Part shown: positions 46,815 through 59,134 of the stretch, piece by piece | How positions within the stretch are numbered: the first letter of the stretch is position 1 | Layout: every line of letters begins with the position of its first letter | DNA from: Tubiluchus corallicola | Taxonomy: Eukaryota > Animalia > Priapulida | DNA: 64,000 bases | Reading direction: 5' to 3' | NCBI GenBank assembly: GCA_030141605.1 | Contig: JAQGDQ010001068.1 | Coordinates: 1,613-65,612 of the forward strand | The notes under the pieces: model-generated | What the model was told of the DNA's origin: nothing | The model's input: the letters and a program-made list of their open reading frames with translations, nothing else | Databases searched by the model: none | Program-made: the position numbers and the translations under genes

Positions 46815-47052
46815 ATTTCTAACTATGAAACAAGGGGAGAGCAACTTTAATCTGGATGGATTAAACAGTCTCAGCTACACTGTGATATCTCGCGAGAAGC
46901 GGCCATTGTACACTCACATTCTCGTCAACCTCATTTCAAAGAGTTCTCCTATTGACGCCGAGGTGCTCGCGAAACAGGACAAACAGTTTGCTCAAATTAT
47001 CAAAGAGATTGGAAACGTGGATTTAGCTATGGCTTACCTTGCTCATCACTAA
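46815..47052 (+). CDS. bre-4: GT7 glycosyltransferase terminal exon (DGLNSLSY...RPLYTHILVNL plus C-terminal extension)
   Basis: DGLNSL and LYTxIxV motifs; cttacag acceptor in phase 2; stop TAA at 47050-47052. Confidence 0.92.
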
Positions 47053-47226
47053 TGCTAGGCTCAATTTTCAATCAATGGGTTTTAGTTTTCAATAATTTAT
47101 ACGACAATGGAAATAATTAGGACAAAATGGCTGTTTTCATCTCTTTAGAGGCATTCTGAACACTGGCAGGCCTGTAGTTAAAATTACTAGGGTTGCTGCT
47201 TCACAAAATGATTAGCTATTGTTTAA

Positions 47227-47843
47227 CCCTTATAGGGTCATCGGGGGGTAAGAAATTACCCCCAGACCGGTTTTTTGCATTTTACCCTTTTACCATACGC
47301 ATCTCAGTAAACATTTCCATGCCTTTTTCTAAATATGTTTTGTGCACAAAATACTTTCAGTTATTTATTTTGGCGCATTGTCTCACCATGAAATAAAAGT
47401 GAAAATGCAATATGTCGATTTTTTAAAATTGCCGAAACTTTACTTCGCTTGTCTATACATTTTACGGGCGATGTATCTGATAAAACGAAATGTCAGTTAC
47501 TCAAATTACTCCACCTAAAAGAAGAAAGTAGTAGACAATAAATTCAAAATAACAATGATTTTTGCACACGCGCTAGCCATGTCGGTTGTCTACAGTTATT
47601 CCAGAATAGATAAGGGAACGTAACTAAGTGAATTTAAATTTCGTATTACTAGTAAGTCACATGTCTTTAAGCAGAGGTATAATGTATCTGACCTATGGTG
47701 GTCAGCATAACCACAAATTATGCTGTTGCTGTTTACTAATGAAACACGGCGGTTTATCAAAAGTAATTTACGAATTATGGTGGGGGTAATTTTTTACCCT
47801 CCAGTTACCAAAATCGGTTGTAAAAATCGTGACCCTATAAGGG
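47227..47843 (+). mobile_element. Intact piggyBac-type MITE (617 bp)
   Basis: TTAA|CCCTTATAGGGTCA...TGACCCTATAAGGG|TTAA: perfect 14-bp TIR with CCC/GGG ends. A second copy lies at 20114-20693 and a fragment at about 49298-49365. Confidence 0.92.
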
Positions 47844-47847
47844 TTAA

Positions 47848-48391
47848 AGGAAAACCGGATGATTGTTTAGACTCAATCTCATTTTAATTTACTGTCCAAA
47901 ATATACGTTCTCTTTCATATAAAAGTTAGCAATTGTTTCTTATATTTGAATAATTAGCTTAGAAAGTTAATTAACGGCAATCGAACACAATTATTGCTTA
48001 CGTCAGAAACTAATCACAGTTTGTGCAATGGCAGGCGTCTTCCCTTGCACGTCAAGCACATTTGCATAGGTGCTACAGTACTATTTGAACACATGATGTC
48101 ACGAAAAATGGGGTCTACGTCATATGACGTCAGAAACTAACACAACATAATCATGTTTATCACGGTACCGCCTTCTATTTGTCGACCACACGAATGTGAC
48201 AAAAAGGCACTGCTGCCAATCTTAGTAGATTCACTGAGCCGTGCGTAGCTTTGAAAATTTAACGAAATTTGAGTATCTGAGTTAATTAGTATTTAATCTA
48301 AGCTTTGATTTAAAATTAGCTATTGTAGTTTTCAACGTTTTAGAGCATTCTTTATTCTGAACTCGTGTTTACACAATAATCCGGTTTTCCT
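47848..48391 (+). mobile_element. Kolobok/T2-type MITE, copy 3
   Basis: TTAA|AGGAAAACCGGATGATTG...CAATAATCCGGTTTTCCT|TTAA. Confidence 0.9.
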
Positions 48392-49060
48392 TTAATTGTA
48401 ATAGTTTTGTTGAAAATATTGTAACTCATTTTAACCATCTTGTGTAGGTGAAAATTGTTTGCATTGTTCTGTTCTTTTCTGTTGAAGTACCAATGTAGCA
48501 ATGGCCCTTGATTATGAACAGTATAAAATTGTATGACTAGGATTTAGAGCAAAAATTTTAGCTATTAAAAAATTTACAAACAATTTAACTTATATAATAG
48601 CAATTTAAATTATTGTACCAGTTCTTCCATGCTAGGAAACGATTAATCTTGATCATGGGTTATCGTTCTGGAAGATTTGGTTTTGCTGGGTAGAGGTTGA
48701 TGAATTCCATACATTTGTGATAGCATTTAGTGTAGTTTTGAAGTAGTTTTACGGTAGTTTATGGCGATAAAACATCACTTTCGTAGTAAACCATTAAAAA
48801 CCATCGTGGTGATAGCTTACATTGGTTTTCTTTCTAGTGAACGTTTATAGAACTTACAGTTTGAATTCTTTTATAATGTTGTTTATGTGATTTCCAAAAG
48901 AATTTGTAAATTAGAGAATAGTCATACTGTACAATACTCATTAAAACTTCCTGATTTTTTTACGATTTTTATAACTTAATAAATTTTTATACATTTTTAA
49001 ACTTTGCTGTAATACAGTTTTATTTGCTTGTAAGATAATGCTTTTAAATCATAAGTTTAA

Positions 49061-49285
49061 AGAAAGACACGATGATTTTTCATATACTGCTCCATTATCA
49101 AGTACAATAAAAAGTATACATTTTAACACAATCAATAATAGTGCAAAAATAATAACGTAATAGTGCAAAAGCGTTTCTGACAAACAATAGATTAAAACCT
49201 TAATTAACGGTGGTCGACGCCACCTTTTGATGACGTCACAAACGAACATAATTTTCAATAACACACACAACAGCTCGTGCGAGTT
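49061..49285 (+). mobile_element. MITE family A terminal fragment
   Basis: TTAA|AGAAAGACACGATGATTTTTCATATACT. Confidence 0.7.
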
Positions 49286-49478
49286 ACACATCTTTGTAAT
49301 TCAAAATAGCAATGATTTTTGCACACGCGCTAGCTACAGTTATTCCAGCATAGATAACGGAACTGTAGTATAGTCTGTGTCTGGATACGTTGATCATGGC
49401 CGCCAAGCAAATTCTCTCTCTCTCTCCCTCGCCCTCTCGCTCTCTCTCCGACTCTCTCTTTCTGTCTCTCTTCCCTCC

Positions 49479-49513
<35 letters not shown>

Positions 49514-50554
49514 GACCCTCTCTTTCTCTCTCTCCCTCCCCAACTCTCTTTTTTACAACTGATAATGTAATAAATTCATGATTGTTATAAAATAAACTAA
49601 GTATTGTTAAATTTTGAAACCAAACTCGGTTGAAAGAAAAGTGTAAGGGTACAGCCTGCATTTGAACCACGAACTCTTTGTTTAAAAGTCGACGCTGTGA
49701 CCACTACATTATTGTTGTCGCGAACGGTGATCATGAGAGATGTATATTTAATCCGTATAATTCATGAGAGATGTATAATGGACGTTTTCGCGACAAGTCA
49801 CAAAGAAATGGCATCTATCTTCATGTGTCAAGACATTTTATTTACGTGGACATTTATTTATGTATGTATGATAGATCAGTACCAGTAATGTAAGCAATGA
49901 TAGTTCAAAAAATAAAAGAGAAAATCATTAATCCTATACATAGGAAGATACAGCTTAAACTTAGGCGAAACACAGATAATAATGCCAGAAAAACTAACAA
50001 CAGTAAGAACAAAAATTAATAGTTGAAAGAACTGGGTTAGAGTTACATAAATTGACAAGAGATGGCGCCACACACGTGCGTACTAACGGTTTAAACTTGC
50101 AGCATTGTTTACAGTACAGAACATTGTAATACAAAAACACAGTATGTGGTAAAAATATAGTATAACTGTGTAAGTTAAAGTTATTTGCTATCCTGTTTCT
50201 CTTCTCTTTTACATCTTATATATAAAGTTTAGCACAAAGTTTCCAATCTCTTAGGCCATTAATAAAGACAAACATTTCACTTGCTTACAGGTGTATTTGC
50301 AACAGAAGAAATCATTTTGATAAGCTCTTTTCTCATTTTGACAACTAGGCCATCCTCTTCTTCATTCATTCTGCACATTATACATATACTTTGATGGCCT
50401 AGTATTTTTCGTTTTTCATATCTGCCTCTCTCAGTATCTAATTTATTCGCACTAACGTATAAATTAGGAGTGCGTGGTCTCTTGAAATTGCCTTTTTAAA
50501 ACACAATTTATCGTATATATTAATTTCGCTGATATGGGCTTAATATATAATTTC

Positions 50555-51971
50555 GCTAATATATATATGTATAAGATTCGAGGCTACAGCTTCGAAGGCG
50601 GCACCATTTGCGGCGATCTCTATACATCAAACGAAAGACCTCGATCTAGTGTCGTGCCATTGGGGGTTTATTTTTCGAATCGGGCCCACCGGGAGGAACG
50701 GGGGGGGGTGAAAAACCTCCAAAAATGGCCATTTTTCGGCCGTTTTTCGCAAAAGTTATACGCCTGAGTTCTGGAGAACGGGAACGGGCCGAGGGCAGTG
50801 CTGGCTATGGGTGGATAGCCCATTCAGCGGTGGGTGTAGTAGGCATATTTAGAATTTACGAGAGGGCCACGGTGTCCCGTAATGGGCATTTTCCCGGACC
50901 CAACTCGAAATTTTGACCAAACAGCCTGCGGAAAAAACGTTCTAGTGGCGCCTGGTGAGACTCTCGGAAGGAGACATACAGTTCCTTAAAAAGAAGAGGA
51001 ACAGGGCTACTGGATGATGTGGGCTATATTTTAGGGCACTTCCACCAAGAGCAGTGCCGACGAGTTAATTAGATGTTCTATTTTTGGCAATTTTCGCTTG
51101 GAAAACTGCTGACGCAAAGCCATTGTTGCATAGTACCGACGTCTTCCTGGTGGCCACGCACCATACAGCCATCCAGGACCTCCTTTCCCGTCTACTACTC
51201 GTCAAAGGTACACAAATATACGTTCAATGGATGATTTTTTTATAAGATAATAGGATTATTTTATACAACCGAAAAGTTTGGATTTCTCTTTTCTTTCTCT
51301 CTGTCCCTCAAATAGAGGTACGGGCATGCCATGGTGCTTCTATGCGTCTTGACTCAGTGGCTGCTCGTGGCAAAGTTTAGTAGAGGTCAGTTGTAATTTT
51401 AATCAAACGAACATACGAAAGTTTTTACCATAATTGTCGCAATTCAGGTTTGATTCATTCACGGTAAACACGTGACAATTGAAAACAAACTGTGTGAACG
51501 ACAGTACTTTCTCTACCTGGACTCAGACATGTGTACAGCAGCTAAACACAGTGTTGCTCGAGTGTATGGGCTGTGAAACAAACAGCACTACCCTCACGTG
51601 CTCTAATTCCTTCTTTGTATGTGTGCGGAAACAGAGCACGTCTATACTATCGAGTGAAATTAGGGGGTGCTGCAGTTCCAAAGCACCTATCCACGAGCCG
51701 CCACCACGTCTGTATTTGGGATTAGCGTTCCCCTCCCCTCTACAGGACTCCGATGAGTCCTGTATAATTTATTAACACCCTCTAGCTAAAACCACCTCAT
51801 TACCATCTTAGTCATTTACAATTTAGTAACACCCTTCATCTAGAACTACCTCATTACCATCTTAGTCATTTACAATTTAGTAACACCCTTCATCTAGAAC
51901 TACCTCATTACCATCATCGTCATTTAGAACAACTTCAATATTTTGTTACGGATCATATGGTTTTGTCTAGT
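50555..51971 (+). mobile_element. GC-richer non-coding insertion, possibly a non-autonomous Helitron
   Basis: Abrupt compositional shift after atatatatgtataag; no TIR or credible ORF; candidate CTAG|T end at 51967-51971; short tandem repeat at 51775-51930. No clear terminal hairpin. Confidence 0.3.
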
Positions 51972-52869
51972 GATATTTCATTCAGATTTCATTTAGAATC
52001 TGCAGAAGCACGTACTCGTAAGAAACCCAATCGATGCTCTCAGCCCGGCGCTGGCGAATCATTCGCTTCTATTGGATACGCCGGGCTGCCCTCAGTTCCT
52101 CCATCTCACTGTCGTCCAGTATACCGAGCCATGCTTTCAATTCATATTTTTACATTGTATTATATTGTCAATATATTACATCTGTAATGATATGATGTAA
52201 TTTCATTATCATATTGCTTGTCTCATATACAATCTCGCACATTTTTTTCATAATTATTAGATACGTTAATAATGACGTCATCAATAAGCTTGTTTTTTTG
52301 GCCCACCTGGAAACGGATACATTGGTGTTTGATATTTTTTCACCAGTATAAGTTGGTTATTATTAGACCTATGTTTGCTCAAATTAACGAATTAAACAAT
52401 ACATCAGTGGAATATCGAAACCAAAATATCGATACCAACAAAATATTTACAAAGTGCGTGAGAAAAACAAGTTATGAAAAAGTGACTGATGGTAATTTGA
52501 GTAAACATAGGCCTAATAATAATCAGCTGAATAGTGCATTAATGTCATTTTCATTTATTTAATCACGATTTTTCGAGTCATATTGTCACTTTTGCATATG
52601 TTGTTTTTTCATTGTGTACGTATTTGAGTTTTTTGAATTTTGTTAATAAACTATTATTATATTTGAACAAAATCAGCGTGTTGCAATAGTTTCTTCACGA
52701 CAGGCAACTATATAATATATAATTTATTTATTAAAATGCAAACAAGAGCTGGACCACTACTGAAAAAAGAAAGATCTTAAATCATCATTAGCGATAAATA
52801 GAGCTCGAGAATACAGTTTCTATACATGGAAAACATCTTATTAATGTCTCATAACTCGCACAATTAGAA

Positions 52870-53425
52870 AATGAAATGTAGTGTCTCTAACTAGCACTAG
52901 ATGGCGAAAGTACCCATGTAGAACCAAATCTGAAAAGGTAAACAAAAAACGGGAAACGGAAAAAACTGTGCAATTTATGAGGGTAGAGTACAGTAAAAAC
53001 TATTAAACGTGAAAGTGTCTTTAGGTAGCACTAGATAGCGAAAGTGACCATGTAGAAAAGAGAAACGGAAAAAGTATTAGTAGACTTGCACAATCAGGAA
53101 ATGAAATTAATGTAAACTACTAAATATGAAAGTGTCTCTAACTAGCGCTAGATGGCAAAAGTGACAATGTAGAACCAAATCTGAAAAGGCAAACAAATTA
53201 GAAAAGAACTGTGCTGTGTCTACTGTACTTTACTCTCATAAATTGAAATTAATGTAAATTATTAAATATGAAGGTGTCTCTAACTAGCACTAGATGGCGA
53301 AAGTGACAATTTTGAACCAAATCTGAAAAGGCAAACAAATTGGAAAAAATTGTGCTGTGTCTACTGTACTCTACTCTCATAAATTGAAATTAATGAAAAC
53401 TATTAAAAATAAAAGGGTCTCTAAT
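52870..53425. repeat. Degenerate tandem repeat, unit about 120-140 bp, each unit carrying a GCACTAGATGGCG-like motif
   Basis: gtgtctctaactagcactagatggcgaaagtgac-type core at 52894, 53028, 53145 and 53287. Confidence 0.85.
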
Positions 53426-53547
53426 AAATTAATAATCCAACATTCAAAACCACTTGCATGGCCAGATATCTGAATTCCAAATCCTGGGATGTAAAGCGTG
53501 CTTGCAAAATGTAAGTGGCGAAAAATGACTACATCGCACATGCCATC

Positions 53548-54395
53548 GGAGGTGCACACCCAGGATAAATACCCGAGGAATCTTGACAAATGAAATTACC
53601 CAACAATAGCTTTCGTGGGGTACACATTGGAGGTGCACACCCAGGATAAATACCCGAGGAATCTTGACAAATGAAATTACCCAACAATAGCTTTCATGGA
53701 GTACACACGGAGGTGCACACCTAGGATGAATACCCGAGGAATCCTGACAAATGAAATTACCCAACAATAGCTTTCGAGGGGTACACATTTGAGGTGCACA
53801 CCTAGGATAAATACACGAGGAATGTTGACAAATGAAATAGCTTTCATGGGGTACACATCGGAGGTGCACACCTAGGATGAATACCCGAGGAATCCTGACA
53901 AATGAAATTACCCAACAATAGCTTTCGAGGGGTACACATTTGAGGTGCACACCTAGGATAAATACCCGAGGAATCTTGACAAATGAAATTACCCAACAAT
54001 AGCTTTCATGGAGTACACATCGGAGGTGCACACCTAGGATAAATACACGAGGAATGTTGACAAATGAAATAGCTTTTGTGGCGTACACATCGGAGGTGCA
54101 CACCCAGGATAAATACCCGAGGAATCTTGATAAACGAAATTTCCCTACTGTAGCTTTCATGGGGCACACATCGGAGGTGCACACCCAGGATAAATACCCG
54201 AGGAATCTTGATAAATGAAATTACCCAACAATAGCTTTCGTGGGGTACACACCCAGGATAAATACCCGAGGAATCTTGACAAATGAAATTTCCCAACAGT
54301 AGCTTTCATGGGGTACACATCGGAGGTGCACACCCAGGATAAATACCCGAGGAATCTTGACAAATGAAATTACCCAACAATAGTTTTCGTGGGGT
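53548..54395. repeat. 81-bp minisatellite, about 11 units including deletion variants
   Basis: Unit ggaggtgcacacccaggataaatacccgaggaatcttgacaaatgaaattacccaacaatagctttcatggggtacacatc. Confidence 0.95.
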
Positions 54396-54618
54396 CTAGT
54401 TGCTGACCAAGGTCGGCAATGCACAATTTTGGTGGCTAAGCACACACTATGACCACTCGGCTTTTCATCACTCGCCTACATAATGTTGGACTTTCCTACA
54501 TATTAATACGCCGTACAGAGTAACCTGGTACTTTTCTGTTGCTAGATTAGCAGCCACATTTCTCTTCGAGTATTTACTGTAGTAAAATAGCATTTGACTA
54601 TTTCGCTTTCATTTTCTA

Positions 54619-54790
54619 AAGGAAAACAGGACGATTTTTCATATCCAACCCCATTCTGAAGTATATTAAAGACTATGCATTTTAATACCTGTAATAATGC
54701 CAAAGTGTTTTGTGATAATTAATTGAGAAGTTAAAATTTTAATTAATGGTGGGCGAGCCAATCTAATGATGGCACAACGAGTGGACATAA
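54619..54790 (+). mobile_element. Diverged MITE family A fragment
   Basis: aaggaaaacaggacgatttttcatatccaaccccatt resembles the family terminus. Confidence 0.55.
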
Positions 54791-55179
54791 TTTTTTCAGG
54801 GAAATAAAAAATTGAAGTACTAAAAAAATTCTGATTAGCATTGGAAAGATACTTGAACTTACTCTAATTCCAAATAAAGTTGGGACAAGATGCTTAAATT
54901 ACACATGATATTGGACAAAGTGAAGAGATGTTTTCCTTAGTCTGTGCCGTTAGTTTATGAACCAAGTTAACAAAGAGTGTACAGTTAGTTGTTTGTACAA
55001 GGCGAGGCAGCGTTGACAAGATAAAATTATGACTGTATGTTTACCTTTAATGATTGTAGAACATAAAACTGATAAAAACAACAAATTTTAAAATACTTCA
55101 TCTCGTCTGTAGTTACACCAGCCATTTATACAAGTTCTCGATCAGCAGAGTAGGTCAGAAAATTTCATTAGCAAAAGAA

Positions 55180-56463
55180 ATGGCAACTTTATTATTAGAC
55201 GAGCCACAAACTCCAGCTGAAAGGGTTGATGCGATGGACAACTGGGACCAGAGATACGATTATGTTTTTGGTAACGAAGATTTCCAGGAATTATGTGATG
55301 TAACTTTTTCAGTTGGTGAAACCATCATCAACGCTAGTCGGTACGTACTTGCACTCAGAAGTGACGTTTTTAAGAGGATGCTGTTTGGGCCGCTGTGTCA
55401 TAAACCTGGTGATGTCATACCAATAACCGATGTTAAATCTGAAGTGTTCCTGCTGCTTTTGAGGTTTATTTATACTAACAAAGCTGAATTAACTGGTGAT
55501 AATGTTCTTTCCGTACTTTACTTAGCTAAAAAATACAACATTCGTAAACTTGAAAAATTGGTTGCTGATTTCCTTAAATCTGAAATCACAACTGACAATG
55601 TCTGTACCATTCTGACAGCTGCGTGTTTCTATGAAAGGCGCGATGTAGAGATGAAATGTTTGGAGGTCATTAGTGTCAAAACAGAAAGAGTTATAAAGTC
55701 CGACAGTTTTATTTCCTTAAGCTACGACAGCTTATTCAGGATTGTCAAACTTGATGAACTGACAATTAGTGAAGAGGGGAAATTATTTGATGCAGTTTTA
55801 AGATGGGCTGGTGCTGAGTGCAAGCGACAGAACCTAAAGCAAAATGTGTTCAACAAGAGAACAGTCTTGTGGGACATTTTGTTTCAAATCAGATTTCCCA
55901 CAATGGATCCAGAATTATTCATCAAAGGACCGGTAGCAACTGGAATATTAAATGACAAGGAGAAAGAAAATGTTCTAATCAATCATCATCAAAAAGTGGC
56001 ATCAGAATCAATATTTCCAAAAACGCAGAGAAACTATGTAACAGTCGTGTCAGTCATGTATGCTGAACCTGTTGAGAAAATTGATAATTTAAAACCAGGA
56101 GGAGGTGGACTCCAATGTATAGAAAAGTTTGAAACCACTGGAAAAACTGATAAACTTGCCATTGCTCTTTTCAGATGTAACAAAACAAGCTGCTCCAAGA
56201 ACCGTGGTAAAGGCTGTTGCTTGAATTTACTAGTTGATCCCACTTGGTCTGCTACTTTACGTAGCATGTGTAAGAACAGTTACATTGAAGTGATTAACAA
56301 TAATCCACAAAGGTCACTCAAAACTATCCTAAATGAAGATACAAAGGAACGGCATTGGAGAGCAATTAATATTGCACGGTTTAGAACTGTCATGAACCCT
56401 GCTTCCGGGTTTATTCAAGATGGAAAAATTCGCATAAAAGTTGTGACGCTGCTTAGAAAATGA
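55180..56463 (+). CDS. BTB/POZ-BACK protein (BTBD1/2/3/6-like N-terminus) with a MATH/TRAF-like C-terminal domain; probable Cullin-3 substrate adaptor
   Basis: BTB: CDVTFSVG...YVLALRSDVFKRMLFG...LLRFIYT...LYLAKKY. BACK: LFDAVLRWAGAEC...QIRFPTM. The C-terminus ends NPASGFIQDGKIRIKV, like the last strand of MATH domains. Single coding exon with an acceptor at 55111-55112. Confidence 0.92.
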   Translation: MATLLLDEPQTPAERVDAMDNWDQRYDYVFGNEDFQELCDVTFSVGETIINASRYVLALRSDVFKRMLFGPLCHKPGDVIPITDVKSEVFLLLLRFIYTNKAELTGDNVLSVLYLAKKYNIRKLEKLVADFLKSEITTDNVCTILTAACFYERRDVEMKCLEVISVKTERVIKSDSFISLSYDSLFRIVKLDELTISEEGKLFDAVLRWAGAECKRQNLKQNVFNKRTVLWDILFQIRFPTMDPELFIKGPVATGILNDKEKENVLINHHQKVASESIFPKTQRNYVTVVSVMYAEPVEKIDNLKPGGGGLQCIEKFETTGKTDKLAIALFRCNKTSCSKNRGKGCCLNLLVDPTWSATLRSMCKNSYIEVINNNPQRSLKTILNEDTKERHWRAINIARFRTVMNPASGFIQDGKIRIKVVTLLRK

Positions 56464-56816
56464 ATTGAAAGGAAAATCATTTCTTGAAACTGATGCTTTC
56501 ACGATTACGATTGATTGTTTATAGACCAATAAATTTTTACACCCCGTACGTTGCCGCCCATTTTGAAGAAGTGAGTTGATTTGTCATGATTGATTATGAT
56601 CAGCATAACAATGTCACCTGCAAGCTGTACTGCATGATTTGGTCAACGTTTTGACATTGGCATAAACATTAGAAGGTTTTGACGCTATACAATGTCATTT
56701 ATTGACTAGAGTCCTCCCTGCTTGTAGTAACAATAAGACGGCAACGGAAACAAAACTCAGTGTTGAAGCTCATCATCATCTTATTCTCATCGTGTTTGAG
56801 TAACGATCATGTATTG

Positions 56817-57680
56817 AGGATTGTCAAACTTGACGAACTGACAATTAGACTTGACGAAACTATTTGATGCAGTTTTAAGATGGGCTGATGCTGAATGTAA
56901 GAGAAAGAAACTAGAGCAAAATATGCTCAACAAGAGAACAGTCTTGGGTGACATTTTATTTCAAATCAGATTTTCTACAATGGACCCACAGTTACTCATC
57001 AAAGAACCGGTAGCAACTGGAATATTAACTGACAAGGAGCAACTGAATGTTTTAATCAAAAAGAGGCATCAGAATCAACATTTCCAAAAACGCAGAGAAA
57101 CTACGTAGAAGTCTTGTCAGTCATCTGTGCTACAAATTTTGATCAGTTCAATCTTCTGTTTTTGAAAAACCAATGAATGCTTTGATCAATCTTATTTAAG
57201 AGACTTCAAAATCGATATTTCCTAAAAAGAAAAAAAACTGCATTGAAATCGTATTTGTCATATGTAACTGAACCTGTTGAAATGATTAATAATTTTATAA
57301 ATAAGATATCAGAAAATTTGCAGTCATTGGTTAGCGTAAAGAGCTCGACACTAATGTTTTCAGGTGTAATGAACTATGCTCCAATACTGGATATAACTAT
57401 TGTGTAAACTGCTGCTTGAAATTACAAGTTTCACTTTTCGCTTTTGCTTCTACTTCTGACAGCATATGTAAGAACAGTTGGATTGAAGTGACTAACAATG
57501 ATCCAAGAAAGTCACTCAGAACATTTTAAAATGAAGACAAGTTCAGAAGAAGTGGAAAGTTTTGGTGGTATCAGAATAATATTGCAGAGCTTCTGGGTTT
57601 ATTAGTGATGGAAAAATTCGCATAAAAGTTGTGCTGTTGTATAGAAAATGAATTAAAAAGAAAATCATCTTCTGGAACTG
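56817..57680 (+). pseudogene. 5'-truncated, frameshifted copy of the BTB gene (BACK end plus C-terminal domain and start of 3' UTR)
   Basis: Aligns with 55738-56490 (LFDAVLRWADAEC...QIRFSTMDP; gatggaaaaattcgcataaaagttgtg). It has indels and an internal re-duplication at about 57205. Confidence 0.85.
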
Positions 57681-58982
57681 TGTTCATCAGTGCGACTGAT
57701 GTCTTATATGGATTGGTACTGTCTGGTGTACCCTAAATATACAAAAGTATAAAGAAACTCGTTGGCATTGTGCTGTGGAAGACTGATTATGTACCAGTGA
57801 CAGTGCCACCCCCAAACCCCCTCCCCCATGTCAGCCGCATGCAGAACGGCTGTTAAATTCGGCTCCAGTTTCAATCATTCGTTGTCTGGTATATGGGAAC
57901 TGATCTTTGGTACTTACAAATCACCTCTACAGAAGTTTGCAGAGAGCGTTGCCATTGGTGCTGTTAAAAGATGCCTATTGTAAGCTGCAGCTTTTTGCGT
58001 GTAAACCAACTATCAGTGTGATACCCTAATTTTAACATGACCTGCTGATTTACCCGATTGTTCTAGCAAGATGTTTCATTTTAACTGACTAGCAGCCGGA
58101 TTACTTATGTGTGCATGAGAATTATCTTAACTTAATATACGGAATATACAGTAGCTTAATCAGAATGAAGTAATGAATATAAATTACATCGTATTTGTTA
58201 AGCATTGTAGAAAGTGTACTGTAATTTCTGTTATTTGTTTACAAACGAATAAATGTAAATAAATCGAATGAATGAATAAACAAATAAAAACTTAGAGATT
58301 ATTTCTAGAAGGCTCTCTTAAATTCACAAGGAAAAGAGTGCCGCTTGCACTTTTGCTAATCAAACAGAATTATTCAGTATCATCACTTACTGCTGCACAT
58401 TCAATAATCACATTGTCACTCTGCTCTGTTGTTACTCTTCACCGCCGCCATTTTTGCGTGACTGACTGTGACCAATCAGTGAGACATGAAAGTTGCTGCT
58501 TAACGTGCATTTGAAACAATGTATCTAGGTACAGTTAAACCAGCAGAATCTCAGCAGTTTTTCTCATTTATATAGTACTGTGCTTTCAGGCTTAACTGTT
58601 TCGAGTGTTGCAGAAAAAAATGTGCGGAAGTTTAGGCAACAATGCCATTAAAGGCAAGTGCTTCGCAAAGTTGAATTTCACAACTTGATACTTCAATACG
58701 TTAGCTGTTGGCTGCGAAAGTTAGAAGCGCAGGGATTTAGCATTTTTTACGTCTTGACTGGAACAATCACGGCTAAACTTCAATTGCAAAAGCAACCACA
58801 TTGATGTATTTAAAGCACTCAATACGTAGCACCGTGGTCTTAGCCGCAGAAAATAAAGTACTAATAAAGGTTTGTTGTCAAGGAAAATGGAACTTAATCC
58901 TACGAACTACAGCATCTGAAATTTCCAGAAAAGTGTGAAATGGCCACACAGAGGCGTTTCCCTTTGATATAATGGTAAAAAA

Positions 58983-59063
58983 GTTCTGATTAGCATTGAA
59001 AGATACTTGAACTAATTCTAAATCCTAATAAAGTTGGGACAAGATGCTTAAGTTACACATGAT
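58983..59063 (+). repeat. Local duplicate of sequence upstream of the BTB gene
   Basis: ttctgattagcattg.aaagatacttgaact...aataaagttgggacaagatgcttaa.ttacacatgata matches 54829-54910. Confidence 0.8.
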
Positions 59064-59134
59064 AAGTTAGACCAACTACCCGTTAAAGACACCAAACTTT
59101 TTCCGGGATAAATTTATTTTCACTTTATTAAAAA

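Noticed and set aside
53548-54395. CRISPR-like array (also considered for 7273-7590, 59409-59872 and 62854-63476)
   Set aside because: Units are head-to-tail with no unique spacers, there are no cas genes, and the context is eukaryotic.
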